64,000 nt of DNA. It comes from Azolla caroliniana. Taxonomy: Eukaryota; Plantae; Polypodiophyta. The DNA lies in NCBI GenBank assembly GCA_043228905.1, contig JBHGNT010000007.1:18600001-18664000 (forward strand), written 5' to 3'. The first letter of the stretch is position 1. Each line of letters begins with the position of its first letter. Positions 40,701 to 52,700 of this stretch are shown here, one piece after another. The notes below the pieces were generated by a model, which worked only from the letters and a program-made list of their open reading frames with translations, ran no database searches and was not told the origin of the DNA. The position numbers and the translations under genes were made by a program.

Positions 40701-43700
40701 CGCTCAAAAGGTCCATGATTCAACCAATGCTCATGAGAGCCATGACTACGGTTGTGGTTCTGCACTCTCTGTTCAAATTCTTGAGATTCAAAAAGAAGGG
40801 ATAACTGCATGCACAGCACTACAATAACTTAGTTTGCTTCAAGAGTAAATCATATGTCAAAGCCAAACAAAACACAACATATCCTTTCTTGGAAACAACC
40901 CTTCCATGTACTTCACCATTCCCTTCTATGTCTCTAATCACAATGTAAACTGCCTCTACCAGTTTTTCAAGTACTTGCCAATCTAGTATTCTAAGGCTTC
41001 AATCAGCCCCAAATGACAATTAAGAAAGAATATCGGGGAATAACTACCACAATACGTAATGCTAGTGGATCATCATCGCGATCAGCAAGAGCAAGAAGTA
41101 ATATGTCGAATGGAAAGAGTTCCTGGTTCCACACCAACCCAGCAAGAGCTGTATTCACTCTGTACAGAACATCCTGCAGGTAACTTTATGTCAGATTGGT
41201 GTGATATAATAGAGAGTTGTAGAAAATATATAATACTCGTGCATTCAGGACCTGCGGAGAATGGACATGTATATACAATTGTGCATTGAATAGTAGGACA
41301 TCGATCAGCGCATAAACATTTGAGGTAACCTCTTCTGCTGAAAGTTCCTTTAGGACTCGGCTCTAGCAGGAGAATAGCTCATTCAACTTAATAGTAATAG
41401 AATAAAAACACAGGACTGAATTAATGTCTTCCTCATAAAAAAAGCAGTACCAAATTTCCAATATTGGTGCTCTCAGGATGCTTATCCAGCAAAATCCAGG
41501 CAGCTGCACACAGATATTGTCTGTGTTGAGGAGATAGCACATGGCTTGCGAAATTAAGAAGAAGTGTTGCATCCGCTGTGGGCGCGAGCAGTTGTCTGCA
41601 CTGATGTAGCATTGTAGCTTCAAACTGCAATATATTGCTTCATGTATTTAAGGAATGAACGAATCCAGTAAAACCGTTCATATTTATAGATGATGAGGTG
41701 TACCTGTTGCCAACCTTGGATTGTCTGTGACTTCTTGTCTGGACGGGTTGCAAGGATCTCACGTAGAAGAGGTGGGAAATGGCGCACTGTTTTTTCTGAC
41801 CAACTGTGTGAACTGCTTGCCAGAATTTGATCAACAGCTGAGGTCAAAGACTTTTGCTGCTCGAATTCTGCTATGCCACGAGTCTTGATGGTAAAAGCAA
41901 GGCTCATAATCATCGCCCTGTTCAATGTCTCAGTAAACTCTGTCGTAGCCCCCTGAGATTAAACCCAAAACAAATAATTATGCTAAATTTAAAGAAAGCA
42001 GATAATTACACCTAAACATGATATTGAGTTTTTTTCACTATGCCTTGCCATTGAATAGACACTATATCTCTTATGCCTTGAAAAAAGATGAAGAAAAAAC
42101 ATTTAGTATTGTCTTATAAGAGGTGCCCTATGCAACTAATTTTGTCTCATCTTTGAGAATAGCAAACCAAAAAAAATATAACTAAATTAGTAGAACCGCA
42201 TAGGGTACAAGAAAATCTTGTTAGCTAAGCACTTAGCATTCTGAGACTAGATGGACTGAAACCTCTGCCTCAAAAGATCTCCAACACATAATCATAGTTT
42301 AGATGTGCATTGTGACGTGGCTTATGTAGAACAAATTGCTACAACTCAAATCTATTGTGACCCCTCTTCAATGTTGTGGTCAAGACCCTAATTAGGTAGC
42401 CCTTGACTAGCTTGTAGTATGAGGAGTGATGGAACTAAAGAAAGTGGTGATAGTTCTTTGTTGATGAATTGTTGTCCTCTAACACCTCTAACACCTCTAA
42501 CAAAGACGAGAAAACATTGTAAGATGCAATCTCTCTATTTGGTCTTGTAGAACATTTTGACCTCTTCAAAGAAGTTGATATAGCTTTCTTTTTTTCTTTC
42601 TATAGTTATTTTTTTGCTTACTATGTTTATTTTAATTTGATTTCAAAGATGAGACAACATTTTAAGATGCAATCTCTTGATTGGTTTCACACATCATTTT
42701 GGCCTCTTAAAAGACGTTAATATATCTTTTTCTTTCTTTCTATGTCTCTTGATTTCCAGCCAGAACAGCCCCAAACATTGTTCATCTTTCTACTCCATTA
42801 CCTTTCGCAATGGGCCAAAGCCTTGTTTAACAAGGTCGTGGTATCTTCCTCTTATTTCATAAACAACCATACATTGACAAGCATAGTGTTCCTCCAATTT
42901 CACATCCTGATGACACAATTGGTAGATCCATTCTATCTAAACCTGTAACTGACATGAGGAGGTCACGAGTTTTCTTATCACACTATGGAGTGCATGTGAT
43001 AGATGTATAGCCTAATAGTAAATCCATCCAAAATGTTTAAAAGAACTGTTTGTGGGGCTAACCCACATTCTTTCACTATGCAATTTAATGATCAGCAAGA
43101 TCACTATGTTCAATTGTGGGTAATCCAAAATATATTGGAACAAGGATAATGCACTAATAATAATAATTATACCATGTGATCGTGACCATTCTTGCATTGT
43201 AACAGACCAATTATTATCTCCATGTTCTCCAAACTCTTCTGATTATCTAAGTGCTAATCTTGAGTACCCTTTCTTTGGGAGTTCCCAAATCCATTGGATA
43301 CCAGTCATTGATTAGAGTTGTACCTTATTCACTACTGGGGCTAATCCCATATTGGCCCAAATTATATCATGGGGCACTGATGCTTTGCTCTTTGTCATGT
43401 GATCTGAGCAATCATCAAGACTAAAGGTTTCTCCAAATCTATCCAATTATATGCCCTATGAAGGCTCAGTCTCCTAGTCTCCACTCTGTAGAGAAGAGTT
43501 CATGGTTCTTGGAACTATATATGTGCACCTGTCTTTCAGGGATATTGAGAGATGCATATCCTTGAGAAAGTTGACCACAAGTACCTTTGTATTGGGGCAC
43601 TGATGCTTTGCTCTTTGTCATGTGATGTGAGCAATCATCAAGACTAAAGGTTTCTCCAAATCTATCCAATTATATGCCCTATGACGGCTCAGTCTCTTAG

Positions 43701-46700
43701 TCTCCACTCTGTAGAGAAGAGTTCATGGTTCTTGGGACTATATATGTGCACCTGTCTTTCAGGGATATTGAGAGCTGCATATCCTTGAGAAAGTTGGCCA
43801 CAAGTACCTTTGTATTGGGTTGTACCAAGGTTCAACGAATGTTACTCCTAGGTAAGTAGAGGATAATATATATGCCACATTATCCTCTCCCAATAAGAAT
43901 TTGGGTTATGATCTTATTACCCATGCTTGAGAGTGAGTTAAAGGCATCACTTTAGTGTTCTCAAGGTTTATTGAGAAATCTTTGTCAGTAGAAAATGACT
44001 TTAAAGCATCTAAATGTCCTTGTGGTCTGGTCTGTCTACAGTGCCGGAAACCTAAATATGTATATCTGCTGAGGATGTTCTTGAACCGCTCATTCTCCTT
44101 ATGTGATTACATACCTCATCTAGATAAAGATTGAAGAGAGTCGGTGATAGTGGGCATTGTTGTTTCACTCTAATCAAGCTAGTCATGACCTCCAACACCC
44201 CATTGCATAAACTTTTCCTAACATTGATTTGTAATGCATGGATTCTCTATTGCAAATCTACTAGGGATCCAAGGGTTTCTGGAAAATGCATGAGACAAGT
44301 GTGCAGTAGAATGTTGAAGGGTGTCTGGAAATCCAAAAAGCCACAATAGATTCTCCTTTATGGGTTCTTCCTTCCTGAAAAAGAGCTTTAAGGGTTAATA
44401 TGTGATTCAAACTGGTCAAAACCTTTTGGACAGCTGCCTGTCTAGCTGAACTGTGGCAATTTCTCTCTACTCATATACTCAATTAGAATTCAGCCATATA
44501 ATTTGGAATCAAGTAATGACCAATCATGATTTTCCTAATACTATCATGGGATCTCTGGTTTTTGAGATTGGTTCAATAGTATGTTCTGTCCAGTTAGCAG
44601 GAAAACATTCACACATACCTCTATTATACATGTGTCCAAGAAGTGGGACCTAGGTTTCACAGGCGTAGATAAAATACTACCTACAGTCCATCATCAACAT
44701 GGGCCTTTTCAAATTGTAATCAATTGATGGCATTTCTCAACTTTCGTGGAATGAAAAAGTGGAAAAATGAGGGAAAAGCCATGTGGATGGGTGCAATGAC
44801 TTTTACAACCCTTGTGTGACTTCCTTTGGGAGGCAAAAAGATACAAATCAGGCCAGCCACTGTATGCTTCAAAACCATACTAATCAATTGGCTCCTGCTA
44901 AATTTGATCTATAGCATGCCAAGTCCTGTTCTTAGCATATGTATCCTTTCTGCATCCATCCTCCACCTTCAGGTTAGATATGCATGATCTGCTGCTAAGC
45001 CAATACGTCAACTAGAGATAGTGAAAGTGAACTCTTTTATCACAAACAAGAGGATTGAAGATCCCATTAAGGAATTGGTTGTGCTTGCACCTCCTCCCTT
45101 TGGGGTTCAAACACATCAAAGCACTTGGTGTTGACGATTATCACAAGCCATTGTATATCACTAATCCATGAGCACTACCCACAGCAAGAAAGTGTTTGCC
45201 ACACTCTGTTACTTTCTTCATATTTTGAGTTTTTCGCTTTAGGCTAACTTCTTTTGCAAAATTTCTCTATACATGACCTTGTTTGTGTCCAACAACATTG
45301 TTACATCCTCCAAACATGTGTAGTGAAGTCCTTAGTATGTGTACTTTACTCTCCTAACAGTATTGTTTACCCCTTCTTTGGTAAATCTTTCAGTATCATT
45401 GTATTAGCCAGGCGATGGAATGTGAGATATACATGTAGATGATTTGCCTACTAAGAAAAAGATACAACAGCCTCTTTAACGTCATAGACACTATTAGATC
45501 AAAGACAAGCTGGTAGTATTCATATTAGGGACCCACAGACATTTGGACAAAGTTACTCTTGACATGGCCCATTACCTCAGAAAAGGGTTAGCACAGCTCA
45601 ATATAAGAACAATAAGCAATGGAATGTGAAATGTATATGTAGATAGATTAGCCTACCAATATATCCACATCCATAAACAACCCAACTTCATAGAGCTTAT
45701 TAGAGTAAATACAAGCTGGACATATTCCTAATAGGGCCTCGTAGACATTCAGACAAAGCTACTCTTAAGAGCCCATTATCTCGAACGGGAGCTCTTTGAA
45801 AAGAGCACTCCTTCAAGAAGACTTGTGTGAGACAGGTTGCTCATTTCTGTTTCTTTTGTTCATCAAAGTACAAGCAACACAATGTACCATCGAAAAGTAC
45901 CTTTATATCCTTCTTTACAAGAATAACTTCTGGTAGTGATAATATGATATTGAGACACAAATTTTCTGCGAGTCGGAAAAATCGATGCTCTCCTCGTTTC
46001 CCTTTCATAGTAATTATGATTTTAGCAATATCATAAAACAATTGCTTCACTTTGCCATGGTACCTGCAATGTCAAAATATGATGCTTTATGTGGGGCAGT
46101 TGGCAAAAAGTAAATGCACCAATACAGATAATTACATATTCTTTTTTGAAGAGCCAGCTAAATAAAAACAATATGCCACAGCCTTTTAGTGGAAAAAGCA
46201 CAAAAACAAAGTAAAAATTGTTAAGAGGCATTTATAGCAAGGAGTTGAGGTACTACAACAACCAATGAATCAGGGGTATTTATTGCCATATTAGCTGGTA
46301 GCATACTTGCCTTCATTTTGGGGAGTTAGCTGTGGACCTATACCCATCCATTTATGGAGGCCTATAGCCAGGCAATATCACTAGTTGGAGCCTATTTAAA
46401 GGCTTTTTCCCTGTTCGTTTACCTGTCCAGCTTTCACCCATCTAGTTTTAGCCAGCCTCTCTTTTGTATGCTCATTTGAGTTTGTTTCCTGTAGCTCTTA
46501 TGTGTCTCCCACTACCCACACAGGTATCAATGCTTGCAGTCTTTTCTCTCAGTTTAAATTTGCAAAGATCATTCTCTTTTATGTATAGTGTTTGCTTTTT
46601 GTTTCTGCCATAATTTCTAATAATAAAAACAAGTTACTGGCTGTGACTTGTTCAAAACACGACCAGCAGAATTAAAAGCTCAATATTTATAGATAGGCGA

Positions 46701-49700
46701 AGGGTCTTCCAAGATTACCAATAAATCACCCCCCCACCCGCATACACATGTTGGAGGGTGGCAGCTCCAGATCTGCACTCTCTTTCATCTTTATTATCTC
46801 TATTCTACATTCTCTCTCTTCCTAGATTCTTCTCTGTCTAGAATCTAGGACTCTTTAAATGCCTTCTCTCTCTTAAATCTGCAACGCTTTAAATGCCTTT
46901 TCTCTCTTCCACTTTTTCCAAGATATTCCCTCTTATTCCTAGTTTATTGTACCTGTTTGGTAGTACAAGAGTTACTTAACTACCAAACAACCATTTCATC
47001 CACTTTCCCCAATTTTGTATAAATAGGCTATACCAACCTTTTTAGAAAAGACTTTACTTTTGTTGCTACTTACAAAACAAGCTCTACTCTTTGCAACCAT
47101 TTTTTTTACTGCTGTCTAACAGCCTTCTCACAGTTTGGCTGTGTCTATTTTGTTCTAACAACTGTTCCACTGCTGCTATTAACAGCTTTTCTCACAACAC
47201 ACACCTTATATTATTATTTAATGTCATTCTAGACAGTTAGAACTTTCCACATGAGCATTTCCAATGTTTTCCCATTTTCAGGTACTTATAAGTTCCACCA
47301 AGCAAAAGATAGCACCAGAAAACTCTTGAATCGAAATCTCAAATTCATCCATATTTTAAAACCAAAAAATTAGACGAAGACTACCTACCTGTAAAGAGGT
47401 AAAAGGCGATAGTTCAGCAATTCAAGAATTGATATGGATGTCCCTGATTTCCCTATTGATTGTTGATATTTGTGCATCATGCCCTGATTTTGAGAATATT
47501 GCAACAATTTCACCATGGCAAACAGTCCACAATTTTAACAAGTCAAATATAATAGAGTTCTTACAGTTAGATGACACCGGAAGAGTGTATGTGGAGCAAT
47601 CAGAAGAAGACGGGCATAAGTTTCCATCATGGCAATACTTGGCAGCATCTGTGTTATCATTCCAGTTGACAGAATAAGCAACTCAACAAACATAGAATTG
47701 CAGTCCTGTTTCAGCTAAGCTATTACTAACTATAAACTGACACTGACACAATGATAGACATTGATTCTGTACCTAGCATAAATAGTTGGATTTCTATATT
47801 TTGATAGAAATAAATTTCCACAACAGAAACCAGCATAAATGGCCTCACTGCCAATAGCATTACTAAACGAAGAAATAGGCTAATAATTCACCTGACCACC
47901 AAATATTTGATCCTCAATCTGCCCTATAAGTCGAGTACAGAAGTGCAAAGAGAGACCTGACAATAAAGGCATGGGCAAAGGTTGTGTTTCTTGCATGACT
48001 CTCAATGGGCCTCCGATATCCCGATAGCCACTGGACATCATCCAGTTCATCATAGCATCACAAACAGATTGGCTCATTGTATGTGACACAACCCATATCA
48101 TTCCCATAGATTTCTCGTCAAGATTAGAATAGTCAAGCAATCGTTCACCTGAAAAAAAGAGATTCAGAATTGTCAACCATTACTAACTAGAAACATTAAG
48201 GTATTTCAAACATTATGACAACAAAAATATTTGCATCTAGAAAAAACATTCTAAGCAGCAAATCATTCACTCTATGGCACTGTTATTTCCCTTAAATAGC
48301 TCATCTAAGGTAAGTGCTATGTTTGTGTAGAAGAATAGGGTGATATGTATGAATATTGGTTCATCATAGAATATGGTTTTCTAAAACCTCCATAACAGAT
48401 ACTTAAATATATTTAATCATCTCATCATCCTGCTATCTGGAGGACAAATATCATGTAGAAAGCACCGAATATCTGAGATCTATTCTCTCTCTTAATTGAT
48501 GGATTCGCTTTTCAGTGTCAAAAATATATAACACTCTGAAAGTATAGCATTGGATGGTAAACACTCTCTGAAAGTTCATCTATTCATTTAATTTCCTGAA
48601 CTGTAACTCTGATAGCTATGGATGAGACAATTATATATACGAAATGTTAAAACTTCATGGTAAAAAACACTGATTACACCTTTTAAAACCTGCTTCCACC
48701 AGTCTTCAATCTGCTTTCCTTTCTGCTGAATGTCATGCTTCCCAGAAAATTGCTCCATCACACCAGAACGGTTGGATAACCATAACTGTACAAGGTGAGG
48801 GCTTCTAACAAAATCTAGCAAGATACTCTCTGGAGAAATGGTACCATTTTGTTCTGAAGCGGATTCCTCTTTCAGGAAGGACAATATTTTCTGGATTGTT
48901 TCAACCTGAATTGAGTTGCAAAAACAAGTTACAAATGTTGTATACACGTCCATTGATAAGACAATAAACATCCTAGGAATATGTCTATGTGTCTCAATGT
49001 GAGGTGAAAACCTGCAAAATAACAAAGAGAGATGTACAAAGTCTCACGTAGACACTAAAGTTCTTAGAAGCACTCGAAGTAAAGAATTTAAGTTTGAAAT
49101 GGGATCTCCCTGAGTTGTAGACAATCAAAAAGAGATTGTCTGAGGAATAGGCCATCTCTACTCATCCCTTCATGAACGTGATAATTTTCACATAAAAAAA
49201 ACTGTACTATTAACAATGAATAAGTTGGACCCTTGAGTCAGCAAAATAATGCCCCCTGAAAGTAAATAACTCCATTTGGTTTGTGTATGATATGCTCTTA
49301 TCATGTCCATAGCCCACTGATGGGAGGGCAGCGTGCATTACCATTTATTTCAAGCGAAAATGTGAGTGTAAACTGTGAAGGCTGAATTAAAGGTAAATCC
49401 AATGGTTTAAGGGTAGGATAATTCCACCATATGACTTGGGACAAATCAATAAGGACCTTAAGGACCTATTCAAATTAGCTTTAGAAGTGATACTTAAGGT
49501 TATGCCTATAACATGCATGCCGCAGATGTGAGATCATCCCAATAACAGCCCTAAGACTAGCATTTAAGAGGGCTAGCCAAATGCTTAATAGGGGGATGGG
49601 TAAGAAGAAGGAAATACAAAGAGAAGCTCAAGAAGAAGCCGCGTAGCAGCGGCAACTGCCAAGAGGATGGGCATTCTCTTCAATAGTAATTTGTTTTTAT

Positions 49701-52700
49701 CTTCCCATATAATTTTCCTTAAGGACCTATTCAAATTCGCTTTAGAAGTGGTCCTTAAGATTATGCCTATAACATGCATGCCGCAGACATGAGATTGTCC
49801 CAATAACAGCCCCAAGCCTAGTATTTAAAAGGGGTCGCCAAATGCTTAATAGGGGGATGGGTAAGAAGAAGGAAATACAAAGAGAAGCTCAAGAAGAAGC
49901 CACATAGCAGCAGTAATTGCCACGACGATGGACATTCCTTCAATAGTAATCTGTTTTTATCTTCGATACAATTTTCCTTAAGGGAGCTACAAAGGAATGA
50001 GAACTCTAGGAAACACCCCAGCTATAAACATGGCTTCCATTAACATGTTAGGAATTTCATAATTCTATATGAAAGAAGGCTATCATAACAATCAAGCTAC
50101 CATTGGAAGTGAGAAAAGAAAAAGAGAGAGAAAGTTCATGCAATACAAAAGTAATTGATTCAGGGAGGATTGCATTTACCTAGGCGTTTAGGTTTTCTTA
50201 CTCTTGCAAGATTGGTTTTGAGGTTCTACATATAGCTAGTTCTCTCTTAAAATATAATACTCTTGCAAGGGTAAGGTCAACTGAGAATGAAGTATTAGAT
50301 TCTAATTCGAGAGACAAATATGATTAAAAACAATCATGCAAAATCTTCTCACTTGGAAAAATATTTAAAACTTTATATAATAATTATATATTGGGCAAAT
50401 GAATACCTTCTTTGGATCAGTATTCATTGCCAGGATTACTGTCTCAAGTCGGAATACTTGAACAAGCAGCCATGTCACATGATTGCTTTGAATTGATCGT
50501 TGATCTGGTTGAGAGAAACGTGTAGCTAGCACATCAATGAATTCTAGTATGTCAAGAAATCCATGTCTCACAAGAAAAAAGAAAAGATCAGCAAATGAAA
50601 TCCATTCTAGCCATCGATCCCCTTCTACATCCCGCATTTGAGTTGATGTGGCAGCTGCAAATAATCATAGCACTACTCAGAATAGAAGATACAATATTAA
50701 AAGTAATCCTGTGTCCCAAACAAACCTCTATGAAATTTCATCATGTTTTATTATGCTGATTACAACAACATCCTTCAGCTACCCATACATTATCAATACA
50801 TTCATACCCATACCTATTATCGATACATTCATCTTGACGGATGTGAGCTTTCTGATGCATTAAAACTTTTAGTTGATTACATATAGCTTTCTTACTCAAA
50901 ACATATTTAGAGTAGGACAATAAGATCAACAAGAAGTTTGTCTTCCTTTTATCTAAGGACATGAGTTTTTGAAACATATTTGCGTAGTGTGATAGGGCAG
51001 CTGCGAACTTCATCACATCAGCTACAGATTGAGGTAGGCAGATATACACGACTACCTCTAGAAGAGAGAATTTGCCAATTGTGTCATCAAGGAGTGGAAT
51101 TTGAAGAACACTACGTTTGTCATTGTAGTGTTTTTTATGAAATCAGAGGGAGATACCATTGCCTCTTTAAACATCAGCTACAGATTGAGGTAGGCAGATA
51201 TACACGACTACCTCTAGAAGAGAGAATTTGCCAATTGTGTCATCAAGGAGTGGAATCTGAAGAACACTACGTTTGTCATTGTAGTGTTTTTTATGAAATC
51301 AGAGGGAGATACCATTGCCTCTTTAAACAAGGCTTTGGCCCACTACGCAAGGTAATGGAATATGAGGACCAACGATGCCTAGGACTTTTCTTGCTAGAGC
51401 TCGAGAGACATCGGGAAAAGTTGTTGAAGAATACAGCCACACAAGTTCATCCACAAAGAACAATCACACCTTTCTTTAGCCCCATCACTCCTAATGCTAG
51501 AAGTCAACAAATGGGCTTCAAACCAAGACATAACAAAGGGGTTACAATTGATCGGGAAATGGCAATTTTCTGTGCACATAGGCCTCAGCCCCATGGACCA
51601 CGACCTCAACACCCTTGTCATCGACAGATAAAAGCCATTATCTCCCGCCATCATAGGTGCTTCCCTCACTTCGGAGACATTTCCATTCTGGATCGACCTA
51701 TGCAAGAGATCTTTCGAAGACAAAAGCTACAATATACCTAACTTGAGGATCTCACATGTGCCAAAAACCAGATTCCCTCATTTCTTTTCTTTTCATGTTA
51801 TTTACTTTTATATTTACTGTGTAATATTTATTTTATTTTGATTTGTTCTCAAAGACGAGACAACACTTAAGATGTAATCTCTTATTTGGTCTTATAGGCC
51901 ATTTTGGCCTCTTAAAAGACGTTAATATTTCTTTCTTTCTTTCTTTTCCTCATGCCCCCTTTTGTACACAACAGTGTTTGACAGTTCTAAGTGGCTTCCA
52001 TTCTGTCAAGGTGAAATTTACATATCTCCATGTTAACAAAAACTTTGCATACTTCACAACAATTAGGCCCCAAAATGTTTGAGCTCTAGATAACTAACAT
52101 TTTCTGATAGATGACCATTTGCTGAAAGACCCTGAAAATGGTGCTGCCTCACTATTGTATGGACAACATTATTATGGCTCTTAAATAGCTCTATATAAAT
52201 ACGCACGAGCTTGCAAATCTGTTTTAAAACATGCCCTCCACTTACCAAGATTAAAGAAGATATCTATCTCTAAAATCTGCTACTACAAGCATTTAAATTC
52301 TTTTCAATTCCTCTTTGAATTTACAACCCTTACAGAACCCATATTTTTGGAAAAGTATTAATCAAATAAGACTTAAACAAAATGTAAATTGTGGGTAGAA
52401 TAGAATGCCTGTGGGTGCAGATTGCATAAGCTCCATAATCCGATCAACAACAGCTTCACAGGTCATTTCTGATGTAAATACAAAATTTGGCACACTTGAG
52501 ATGAAGTATGCTGGCCGTGATGTTGTTGGTGATGCAGTTGATGGCTGCACATATCTTGGAGCTGCTATTAAAACTCTTCTCCACCAATCTGAAGAAGGTA
52601 TAACACGTAATCCATGCCTGAGGCACCGCAGAGCCCTTTCCCACTCAATACTACCTTTAGGAACAGTGGCAGAAATATCCTACAACTCAAAACCCACAGC

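Larger units (their letters stand above)
42080..45450 (-). mobile_element. Old degenerate LINE ORF2 (APE-RT-C-terminal CCHC finger plus 3'UTR), RTEX-like
   Basis: Minus-strand translation gives APE-like GLVIYNGL..GGGAS (about 45090-45190) and RT-like FPANWTEHTIEPISK, YCGFLDF, VKQQCPLSPTLFNLYLDE, HLDALKSF..NLENTKVM and TYLGVTF. QLCHQDVKLEEHYACQC..YEIRGRY matches ORF 50980. 3'UTR homology continues to about 42080. Ends are approximate. Confidence 0.85.
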
